A stretch of DNA of 63,254 bases, filler included, from Lenisia limosa (taxonomy: Eukaryota > Protista > Breviatea), in the NCBI GenBank assembly GCA_001655205.1. It is 14 parts of 14 records of this genome, joined end to end, with 100 filler letters (N's around TTAATTAATTAA, not from the genome) between each part and the next. Parts side by side here need not be neighbours in the genome. Positions count along the whole stretch, not along the records: positions 47,580 to 51,548 come from LPNZ01004890.1; positions 51,649 to 63,254 come from LPNZ01006672.1; 12 more parts are not named here. The stretch is one strand, 5' to 3'. The notes below the pieces were generated by a model, which was not told where the DNA came from, ran no database searches, and saw only the letters and a program-made list of their open reading frames with translations. Shown in pieces: positions 48,596 through 60,017 of the stretch. Each line of letters starts with the position of its first letter. Position 1 is the first letter of the stretch. A program made the translations under genes and the position numbers.

Positions 48596-51548
48596 ATGAG
48601 AGTGCTATTCTGTGCGATTGTGCTCCTTGCGATGCTTCTTCACCAAGGCTTTGCTGACCCTTCGATCAGGTCTGTTCTGTTGAATCTCACCTCTGCCATC
48701 TACAGGTTTAAATTCAGTCCTCACCCATATTTGCTTTACCTAACCCATATCCGCAATCTAAATGATATATATGCTTGGGTATACCTCAAGTTCGGGTTGT
48801 AAACTATAAAGTAGCACTTCTCTTCCAAATCCTCTGATATCAATTTAAGTAGCCCCTTTTAACAACTTTTCTTGAGGCAAAATCATCAAAGTGCTTGAAT
48901 TTTTTCGGTTCCAACATTTCCAACCCCTTGCGGTCAAAGTGCCTCAACCTTAAATCTGTTGATTCTGCAATAGAAGGTCTACCGGACCAAGGCGGAAGAA
49001 AACTCATCCATTAATTAATCAAAAAATAAAAATAACGTGTCCCTAAAGATGGTGTTTTTGTTTTTAGGGTCTGTAGTTATGACATAATAAGTGATAAAAG
49101 TGGGATAAAAGACTACTTATCACTTTTTATGTTATAACTACAGACCCTCAAAACAAAAACAACATCTTTAGGGTGAGATTGGTGTTTACTTTTAGGGGTT
49201 CCCTACGGTCTTAAAAATGACTGAATTTCTCGATAAATCCTCGATAAATACCGATATTTCACCGGTATTTTTCGGACCGTAGGGAAGCCCTAAACATAAT
49301 AAGCGATAAAATTGAAATTAAAGGTTAATTTTTGCAACTACAGACGGTTTTCAAATATCCACCCCATTTTTAGATGAACGTGGATGGGAGTGTAGGCGTT
49401 GAAGGTTATGGAGAACCATACGTTTTTGTTATTATTATTTTGTTCTCATTTTATTCTTATTTTGGCATTTTGTTTTATATTGGTTTCATAAAACTACAAG
49501 TGAGGTTTTTGACTTGGTTTCAGCTGCCTACTATAGAATTCCGCCCTTTTGTCACTTCTCTCCTCGTCCGTTTTCTCCTCCATTTTCTCCTCTTACTACT
49601 TGATCATAAAAGATTTATAATTGAATTTATATACATGTATGTATCAGTGCTGATATTGCAGACTGACAGAAGATGGCGTCCGCGTTCATCACGCGCCTTC
49701 ATTATACCCTCGCGATGCTGTTACTAAGGTATGAGGTGCGGGGTCAGACGAATTGGCAGGGGTTTTGTTTTATTCCACTGGTTATCAGTGATTCACTTCG
49801 GTTCGAAATAAGACTGAGTTTCCGAAATGAATCCTCCTGTTGTTTTTTCAGTGATAATGGGTTCCCGGTTCACAATATTGATTATTTTATTATTTTGAAA
49901 CGTTGTAATTACCTCATTAGAAAATTAATGAAATAACTGCAATAAAATAGCCCAAATCAACTCTGTTGGCTAGCAACACAGAGGATTGATAACAACAAAG
50001 TAAAAAAAAAGCATAGATGAAAGTATCAAAGCTAGATTCTTGTTGGCTTCCCATGCCTTATTCGAATATGACAGTGTAAAGGATTGGTATATCTTGATTT
50101 GTTTTTCTCGTAAAAGCGTGATGGTGTGGAGGGCTTCGGCCAGATACAATAATCCAAAATATCTTTTCTTTTGTATAGTATACATAATTATATTGGTGAA
50201 TTTAACAAGCCCCAATTATTTTTCTTTCTTTTCAATCTCTTAAATATTCTCATTCCTCCCCTTTTCCTCAGTCCATGGGACAACATTCTGTTCCATCTCT
50301 ATCAATGATTGCTTTTTACTCACCCTGTCTTTTAATCCTTTACTTCACAAGATGGGATGAGGTGCAACAGAAACGATTAGCCTGGGCTTTGTTTGTTGTG
50401 TTGTTCTCAACCCTCGTGTGTTGTCAGCCAACATTGATTGTCTGCTTTTTTGTTTCATAAATTTTCCAATTTTNNNNNNNNNNNNNNNNNNNNNNNNNNN
50501 NNNNNNNNNNNNNNNNNNNNNNNNNNNNNNNNNNNNNNNNNNNNNNNNNNNNNNNNNNNNNNNATGGTGGGTCGAGGGTCTTCGTGTTTTCAAAAGGGAA
50601 AGTTGTCTCGGATAGCCGTTGTGCGCTTTATTGTGCGTTTTATTCAACGTGATTCACGCCACTTTTGCCTCTTTTACTCCTTTCTCAAAATAGTTCTCAA
50701 AAATCGACTAAGGAGTCTTTATTAATACAGAATGGACTATGTATAGAAACCGCTCCAAGAAAGGCCTATTCTTCGACAGTTTATTTGCTAACCTAAACAA
50801 CTTCCCTACTTGAAACTCTGTTTTAAAACAGACGTTATAAAATGACCCTTAGCCACAAATCTATGATTTACGTCAAAAAAAAAACTCTCTCCCCCCCCCC
50901 CCCCCNNNNNNNNNNNNNNNNNNNNNNNNNNNNNNNNNNNNNNNNNNNNNNNNNNNNNNNNNNNNNNNNNNNNNNNNNNNNNNNNNNNNNNNNNNNNNNN
51001 NNNNNNNNNNNNNNNNNNNNNNNNNNNNNTTGGGTTTTTTTTTTATGATTATATGTTTAATAAATTTGCCAATTTTACTCCACTTCCCCAGCAATGACAT
51101 GTTTATCCGGAGCGCCTATTGTTGGCGAGGGAGTGTTCATTGCGGTTTCCAATCGTCTAATTGGAGCCTCGAGTGTTGTTGCTGACATTGCTGTGTCGGT
51201 TGGTGGGGGAGGTGGAGAGTACTGCGTTATTCATATTTTTCATCTTTCTGCCTTTAGTCATCATCATCATTACCCATCAACAACATCATTATTAGTATTA
51301 TTAGCACAATCATCATTATTATTAGCATAACCATCATCATTAAAAACATCATCATCATTTTACCATCACCATCAGCAGCATCATCACGATCATGACATCA
51401 TTATCACCAACATCAATCATCAGCATTACCATCATCATCATCAACAACAACAACAATATCACGGCGTTCAGGGAGCCTGCCCTGATGGCAGCGTCCTCAA
51501 CATTCCGAAGACCACCGGAGTTGAATGCAGCTATGCCTCAGGCTGGAT
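48596..51548 (+). CDS. Putative secreted protein (signal peptide); exon chain incomplete
   Basis: MRVLFCAIVLLAMLLHQGFADPSI| followed by scattered GT-AG exons (LTEDGVRVHHAPSLYPRDAVTK; MTCLSGAPIVGEGVFIAVSNRL; GACPDGSVLNIPKTTGVECSYASGW). I could not confirm phase continuity across all of them. Confidence 0.45.
49041..49173. mobile_element. 133-bp foldback element with ~50-bp TIRs
   Basis: CCCTAAAGATGGTGTTTTTGTTTTTAGGGTCTGTAGTTATGACATAA is inverted as TATGTTATAACTACAGACCCTCAAAACAAAAACAACATCTTTAGGG. Confidence 0.85.
49195..49290. mobile_element. 96-bp MITE family M1 subtype B, flanked by TA on both sides
   Basis: TA-GGGGTTCCCTACGGTC...GACCGTAGGGAAGCCC-TA. Confidence 0.88.
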
Positions 51549-51648
51549 NNNNNNNNNNNNNNNNNNNNNNNNNNNNNNNNNNNNNNNNNNNNTTAATTAA
51601 TTAANNNNNNNNNNNNNNNNNNNNNNNNNNNNNNNNNNNNNNNNNNNN

Positions 51649-54600
51649 CACGTTGCGTCTGTTGTAGGCGTACATTTATTAGCGTAGCTCTCACACTTGG
51701 TGCATACTGTGTGCGAGAGGTGAAGGGGGGATGGGAATGTTCGAGAAATAACTGGAGCTAACCAATCCCGGTAACCCACAGGAGCAAACGCTGTCACTGG
51801 TGAAAGAGCACGGTGTGGACTCCCAATATGACAATCCATTACAGCCCATGCAAGCTGGAGAGTTATGCAATGTTGGGCTTAACGGTTCTGACGCGGTGCT
51901 ACAGACACCAGAACACTCGCTGATCTTAGTGTGGATTTTCGATACACAGAACAATTTGTTTTGAGGATTTTGTGTCATTACAGGGAGAATCCACCCCACC
52001 AGTACAAGAAGAAACACTGTTCGCACTTCCGTCCACCTCATTGAAATGACGGTACCTGAAGGGGTTATTGCGAAGTGACTGCATCATTCACATAACCACG
52101 ACTACATTATGTAACAATTCAATAAAATATATATAATCTACTATGATACTACTTAGTTATGTTAACCCATATCCACTAGTTGTATGATCATACATGTATG
52201 TCCGACTTTCGAGTCGAAATGATGAACGAAGATAGCATGAGGGTTCATCCCGAGTGTATCAGAGTATCATTGAGACTTGTCGGTCAATTATCATACGAGT
52301 GGATATAAGGTATCATGTCACTGTGTAGACAATGATAGTTCACACGTGTGAAAATGACCCAAAAAGTGATATGTATGATATAATATACAAGATGAGAAAA
52401 ATGGTTCCACTTGTCCAAAAAGAAGACTAAAAACTATCGATATTTTTAGTACTATCACTTGTCATCTTTCGTGTGTTCCTCATCTCAGTTTTAAGCAAGA
52501 TACTCGTCAATTGACTCGGTGTTTCGCCAGATTTTCAAATTGGGTGTTTACAAAAATCCAAACAAAAACTGACTGTTTCTTNNNNNNNNNNNNNNNNNNN
52601 NNNNNNNNNNNNNNNNNNNNNNNNNNNNNNNNNNNNNNNNNNNNNNNNNNNNNNNNNNNNNNNNNNNNNNNNNNNNNNNAGATACCCTCACAGAGAGAAC
52701 AGGTGATGTCTGTGGTGTCGCATGCTTTCGAAACGAAATGAGAGTCTAGGCATTTTGAGGCACATTCTACTGTGTCAGAAGTATTGGCGCAAAACACCAG
52801 CAGAAAGAAATACTCCCCCCCTTCACCAGTACAATCAAGAAGACCACTCGTTGCTCCGAAGTAGCCAGGTGAACAGGCGCCGCATGAGAAGAGAGTGCCA
52901 CCACTTCGGTTCAGATACGAGCACTTCGAGCACGTCGAGACTCCATCTTTGTTACCGTCCACTGAATTATAGGAATCTGGGGAAGTCAGTAGTTGCCTGA
53001 CTGCTTTCAAGATTCTCACAGATTTTAACGAATGGTAATCTCATAATCTCAACCAAGGCGGATCTCAACATTCTCAAAAAGACTCAAGTTTCACTTCCAA
53101 TAACCACCTTCGCACCTGAAAAGCAGGGACCACAATAGATGGAATCGGCATTATTCGTTCTGCCAATTTCCGAACAAATCACTGTGGTGCGGTCGGATGC
53201 GGGTGAACAGGCCAAAATCTGACCCATATTGGCATTCAGCGGGGAGCACACTAAATTCGTCACTTTAGGTCTGATCAGAATGTCGTAAAAATAGCATTTT
53301 AAACCCACAAGACGTCATATCATTTTCAGCCATCTCATCAAATGCCGCCACTCACAATTACATTTCTCAACGCTTTCGCTATCGCCAGAGTTTGTGTTGT
53401 AATAGTGTACTGCACAGTTACCACAGAAGGAACTTTCGGAGCTTGTCAATCGGTTCAATGACTGCAGTTGTCAGGAAACATAAGGTGTGCCCAAAGAGGA
53501 TCATAGGAACTGCGTCTGATATATATAATATATATATATATATTATATATAGCAATGAGAAATAAACAATAAGGTAGTATCTGACTGANNNNNNNNNNNN
53601 NNNNNNNNNNNNNNNNNNNNNNNNNNNNNNNNNNNNNNNNNNNNNNNNNNNNNNNNNNNNNNNNNNNNNNNNNNNNNNNNNNNNNNNNNNNNNNNNNNNN
53701 NNNNNNNACAATTCCGTGCACACAGCTTTCTGCGTACCTCCCCAGAATACGCAAAGTATGGCATCATAAGCACATATCACCCACCAGGCATGTAACATAT
53801 TCCGTATTCTTTCCGGGGCTGCAGGCTGTGACCAATCCACTATCCGAAGGCACATCATCACATTCTATATTATTAGGTTTTGTCTTTATGGAATTGACTT
53901 TGGCCTATCGATTTCAAGATCTTGAAAAATACCATAACACCTACCATTGCAAGAATCAATGCCGTTTGAGGCACCGCTATCGCTATTGTACCAGCCAGTC
54001 TTGCATTTACCACAAGTCTCCCCAGCTAAATTATTTCGCTTGCGGGAGTTGCATGACACACAAACGCGATTGGCAGTAGTGGTACAAGATGATGTAGCTC
54101 CTGAAGATTCACCACATAACGTACACGCTAGAAGATAAGAACAAAAAAGTACCATCAACATAAAAGAGGCAATAGTGAATCAATTGCACAAAACTACATT
54201 AAATGATGTGGGCTTGTCCCTTGTAAAGGCAATGCACTAGCGATTTGGAAGAACTGGAAAAACCACCTACCAGAACACTGAGCCAAGGTGTTCAGTGTAT
54301 TGCCTTCGGTTACATGGTAATAACCTGAAGCACAAGTTCCGCATTTGCTGCCGTTGTGGCCAAGTCGACCGAGGCCAGAACAGTTTAAACACTGCAATTG
54401 CGTTGTTCGAGTGCAGGCTGCAGAGATATACTGGGAACTGCCACACGTCGCTGAACACTCTTTTGGGTGAGAGGAAAAACACAGCAAATTACAACACAGT
54501 ATGAATAGGCCCACCTGTACACTTGGTATTGGCAGCAACGTTCCCAGTTGAGGTGTGGAAGAAGCCTGACATACATTTGCCGCACGTGACCCCATTGCCA

Positions 54601-56657
54601 TTTTCTCTATTGAGGGACGAGCAGGAGGTACAAGTAATGTCGGATGTCTTACTGGGGAGTAAAAGTGCTGACCACACACCGAATAATCTCAAAGCAAACA
54701 CTATAGCTATATAAAAAAAAGCATAACCCAATCAATTTTAAATCAAAAAGTATTCAAGAGACATATGATCTCATATGACTGGAATCAATGATAAAAAGTG
54801 TTAATAAGTCAGTAATATGTAAAAAAAAAAAAGTAGCCCAAAAAGCCCACAAACGCGCAAGGAGAGCTGATATACGAACTGGTACTGCAAGCAGTCAGAC
54901 ATCCTGAAAGAGTGAGATAATATTGGAATCAATGATAATCTAGTTGTTCTCCCACCAGTGCATGACGAGACGGAGTTTTGGTTACCGTCCGCTATATTAT
55001 ACGCGCCAATGAGGCAATGACCGCATTTGACTCCATTGTAATTGCTGCGTAATAGGCTGAAACAAGGCGTGCATTGCGTGTTTGACGTGAGTGTGCAGAG
55101 CTGTGATCGATACTTTGTATTCGAACACACTGTACATGCTGAAGCGTGAGAAATTGGAACTGCTCTCTATATCAATATTAGACATTCACAAACAGAAGAT
55201 GACAATACCGCGGTGATCTTCAGAATGTATATAGTAATATATATGTATATTTTATACCTAACACTAATTCTGACCCCTATGTAGAATGCCCCCCCCCCTC
55301 AACATATAATGATAAAACATTTCCTGCTTACCAGTGCACGCCGATTTCTCATTCTCGTCCCCTTCTGAAGAGTGGTAGAACTGTGGCAAGCACTTTGAAC
55401 ACAACGTACCTGGAGGGTTAATAATTGTCCGTTGTGACCTATCAAACGGACACACCAGCAACATTGCCTCGATTGAGGGAGGAGCATGATCCGCACTGCG
55501 CATTGCTACTCTGTGTACATGCTGTTTTTAGATACTGCGCCGCACCGTCACACTTTGTGCATTCTAAAGAGTATCAATGTCTTAGCCTTCACGACAGATG
55601 ACATCAACATCATGTTTAGAAGAACAACATTGATATTTACCAGGTATCAATTCACCCCCCCCCCCACCNNNNNNNNNNNNNNNNNNNNNNNNNNNNNNNN
55701 NNNNNNNNNNNNNNNNNNNNNNNNNNNNNNNNNNNNNNNNNNNNNNNNNNNAACGTTGAACTGCAAGGGCCACACTTAGTTCCTGGAGTCCCTATAGCAC
55801 TCTAAGACAGGTTGCTACCAAATACTGCAGAATCACCACCTACCTCCACGATTCAATTTGGAGCAAAGGTCACAAACAGCGTCAGTGGAGAGGCCACAAG
55901 CCGTCTTGAGGTAACCAGAAAACGTGTCACATTTGTCACATGCTGAGTTGAATGAGAATTTTCATAGCAAGCCACAATTTTTAGAGGAAAATGCTATACT
56001 ATCGATTATATTATACTACATGTGTGACTGATATGTATTCAAACCTAGACACGTTGTTGTGCGTTCTACGTAGTTTTCAACTGGGTGGAAATAAGCGGAC
56101 CAGCAACGTCCACAGTTGACGCCAACTATTCCATCCCGGAACTTGTTCGAACACAGGTCGCAAATGTCAGAGGCGAGAGGGTTGCATGCCGTTTGGCGGT
56201 AAACTTCTTCAGACTCACACTTATTACAGTCTGGGTAATCAATTAAAAAGACAGAAATCATGGTGTTGTAATAGGTATTGATACAGTTTATCTCTGGCAG
56301 AAGCTGCTAGCTCAACCGTTAAAAATCTATGTTACCATTACCTACTTGGGTAACAATGAGCATCTTGTGACCATCCAGTTGCTGACGTGCAAGTGAGCGT
56401 CGCACTGTCGAAGGGCGCGTCTTTCATTTGGCAGTCACCCTGATCATGCGGATAAGGAGCAAGAGGAAAGCAAAGCGTCGGACGTTCATTTAGCTTGCTA
56501 ATAAGATTAAAACGTTCCCAAATACCGTGAGTGTGACAAGCGCACTGAAGACGCCTGAAGTGTCTGTTTCATGCACTTGGTCCAGGCTGACCTGCATAAA
56601 ACTGTCTGAAGTCGGCCCCATCGTCAAACAATCAAAGTCATCGTTGTTGTCGGCCAT
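51649..56657 (-). CDS. Large Cys-rich repeat protein (at least 10 TNFR/furin-like repeats); 3' end truncated
   Basis: Repeated ~60-aa unit C..C....Y....CT...D..C..C..LNR....G..CG.C..G.Y....G......C, e.g. ECSATCGSSQYISAACTRTTQLQCLNCSGLGRLGHNGSKCGTCASGYYHVTEGNTLNTLAQCS. Repeats are mostly bounded by phase-1 introns. Start codon uncertain. Confidence 0.85.
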
Positions 56658-56845
56658 GGTGGTCTTGATAGTCAGTGCAGCTTGTCTGGACAAGAGAACG
56701 TTTTGACGACTACATTATGCTGCCATTTGGATTTCATTGAACCAGCCAACCTGCAAGGAGCTATGGCTTGATACAAAGGAACTCTCCATCTCAAATATCT
56801 GCAACATGATCTTAAAATAGAAAGAAAATCTGGATTATATTTACA

Positions 56846-57536
56846 ATGCCAAATACTAATGTGCCTTTTGATCCAGGTGAGTTGCTGGGTTGTTCAACAC
56901 AAACATCGACACATTGAATTATCCCATCATGGTTATGCTGCTTTAAAATAATCTCATAGAACTTGAGGTCCTACCAAACAATGTCTTATAGTTTACCCCC
57001 CTTCCCCCGCCCATGCCAACCTTTGCGTCTACATCACCTTTCAAAGCCATGGTTGTCGATTCCACTACCGGTATCTGTGATACATGGGTCCTGGAACAAT
57101 CACACCAGGATGTTATTTGGTCTGGAAAAGATTGGAGGAAGACATTACCTGATACTAAAGGTCTGGCCAAAGAAAACAATTAACATAAAGAGATTCAATA
57201 GCATCATCCTAGATCATGTCAGATACAACTGTGGCAGACAGTTTTCATATGACAGCCATCAAAAACCAATTAACAATAAATACAGATACAGGAACCCAGG
57301 TGGATCACAGGTGGATGGATTGTTATTGAATGTGTTGGTGTGTTGGTAGTAGGATCTTATCATAATGCCCTGTTTTTGGAATCCTTCGGAATAAAGTCAA
57401 GATAAGATCACCACAACCGAGGAGGCTCCTCCCACCTGCTAGTAAACGACCAAGGACTGTTCCTCCTTATGGAGATGGTTGCTTACTACTTTGCTGTACA
57501 CAAAAACAATGTATTCCTATGTGTGAAAGAACATAG
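56846..57536 (+). CDS. Small orphan protein (~135-140 aa, 5 exons)
   Basis: Four GT-AG introns give a continuous frame MPNTNVPFDP|VYPLPPPMPTF...WSGKDWRKTLPDTK|DHVRYNCGRQFSYD...YRNP|VGSYHNALFLESFGI|NKRPRTVPPYGDGCLLLCCTQKQCIPMCERT*. Confidence 0.55.
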
Positions 57537-57619
57537 ATAGGTCATGCGTGCAATCAAGATCACCGATCTTTGCTTGAAAACTTGTTGGTTAAGTCCCTCT
57601 TTTGTGTCCATTGATCATT

Positions 57620-59837
57620 ATGGTGTCAGTTGACTACGTTAAGTGTCTTAAAGTTGCGAAAGACGTTGCCCAAGAAGCAGGTAAGATTCAGGGAACACTC
57701 TTCCAGGCCTCGCTTCCCTTTGCAATTGCAAAAAATAGCCAAATAATACACATTACAGGGCCAAATAGTGACTTAATCACTTTCTAGGGCAACTCATCCT
57801 CAATGAAATTGAGAAAGCCAAAGACATTGAGTTTAAAACTGCCAAAGATATGGTAACACAAACTGACAAGAAGATTGAGGACCTTGTATGAGAGGACTGG
57901 TTGATTTATGCACTTTGCTTCCGTGTTAAAATTGACCCAGGTAGGTTTTCGCAGTTTTAAAGAAAGAATTCCCCGATTTCAAGTTCCTTGGGGAAGAAAC
58001 AAACGATGGGTATGGTATAACATTTAATTACCTGCTGACAAGTTATCTGCGTAAGTACTCCATTTAGTCATTCGAGTTTTCTCTCTCTCTTGTTATTTTG
58101 GAATTCCATATTCAATATGGTGAAATGCTCCTCAAAATAACTTTCCTCTTAGAAACGATTGACCCTTTAGGGAGGTGGTTGGAGACGAACCGACTTGGAT
58201 CGTGGATCCTCTAGACGGGACCACTAATTTCGTACATGAGCTCCCGTATTCCTGTGTCGCTATTGGTTGGCTGGGGTTATGCAATGAGCTCGAATTATTC
58301 CATTTTACAAACATTTGTGTATTCGTACTGTACGTTATTTGTTAATAAACCCAAGGTCTGGCAGTGGAACGGCAACCAGTCCTTGGTGTCATCTACAATC
58401 CTTTCAGAGAAGAGCTCTACTGGGCTGGACCAGGTTTGAGGGACCTTTGTTTTTACTTCATGTAGTGATGTTCATACTCCTTTTCTTCTGTTTCTAAATC
58501 TCTTTAGAGTGCACGTTTGAGATATGGTTGTATTAACATTTACTGATAGCATTCATCTTTTTGTTATGTCTCCAGGAACAGGCGCATATTGCAATGAAAA
58601 GAAGCTCACCGTGAACCCCAATACCAAATTGAGTAGGTTGTTCGATCTGCAGTTCTTCAATACCTTTTCTCTACTTTACACGCATTCATCACTATCTCGC
58701 ATTATCATTAGAGATTCACGTTGTTCTCACCCGAGACCGAATTATCACCAAATCCTCAATACATCTTGTATCTACCAGCCTTTTTGGCCAGATGAGACCT
58801 AGCTGTTTTCTCATCAATCTGCCCAGCCCCTTACATACTTTCATCAATCATCACTGACCCCCTAGACCAGGCTCTTGTGGCCACGGGTGTCCCCCATGAT
58901 CATGAGTTCCATTTTGATTTGATTATGGGCAACCTCAGAAAATCTTGGCTCTCTGTCCAAAGTGGGCAGGTTTCAGTAGTATCTAATGAGTCCATGGACC
59001 TCCACTGTATTTCTCCTATTTGACCACCTACTGACTATTCCTACACTTCGCGTTATTCGTGAAATAGTACGGTCGTATGGTCTTTTTCTTGAAATTTACC
59101 CCATTCCCCTAGCCATTAGAATCAATGGATCATGTGCCCTGGACATCTGTGCGGTCGCAGCCGGAAGACAAGACATTTTCTTCGAGTACCGCATTCATGC
59201 ATGGGACGTGTGCGGCGCCCTGGCTGTTCTCAAGGAAGCCGGCGGCATTTATGTTGGTGGAGGGAAATGCTGGTATTTGATGTACTATATCTATATATCA
59301 TATACATGTGTATATGTACAAGATGAAATCTTATATATAGCAATGGGAAATAAAAACAGTTGTATCTGGCCGAGGCCGTCCACACCATCACACTTATAAG
59401 AGATATTGGATTAAAGTATAATATTAATTCACCCAATCATTTGCCTTACAACTCTGTGCACACAGCTTTCTGCGTATCTTATATGGAGCAATGAGAAATT
59501 AAAAAATAAGGTAGTATCTGGCCGAATTTGTTACCATTATTTTCCCATTCAATAACATTGTCTTACCCTTCGTGATTAGTACCTTTACGCCATTATTCTC
59601 ATCAAAATTTCCTTCGTTTTACTCCCCCCCCCCCCCNNNNNNNNNNNNNNNNNNNNNNNNNNNNNNNNNNNNNNNNNNNNNNNNNNNNNTTTTTTGTTTC
59701 ATAAATAAATACCCAATTTTACTCTCCCCCAGTTGGATCCCTTTGGCACTGAGTTTGACATCACCTCCGGAAGGATACTTGTTGGCAACCCGACTATCGC
59801 AAGGTCCTTCCTTGGCATCCTTGACCTCCCCAAGTAA
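57620..59837 (+). CDS. IMPA: Inositol monophosphatase
   Basis: [60 protein letters not shown]...[16 protein letters not shown]; stop at 59835-59837. Confidence 0.95.
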
Positions 59838-60017
59838 TGATGGTTACCTTTACTATGCAGTCTGACTTGTCTATAGATTGAGTATCATGTATTATTTATT
59901 GAATAGAATCGCCAAGCGTACCAATGATGACGATCTCTTGTCCTTTTTTCACTTCCTTATCTACCCACTTGTATAGGGATTATGGCTATATTTCAAAAAA
60001 AACCCAAAATATGCGTA

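Noticed and set aside
51691-52041. ORF MRWTEVRTVFLLVLVGWILP... looking like a separate gene with a signal peptide
   Set aside because: The same bases in another frame give YRHFNEVDGSANSVSSCT, which fits the repeat pattern and splices in phase 1 to ACMGCNGL..., so it is an internal exon of the upstream Cys-rich gene.
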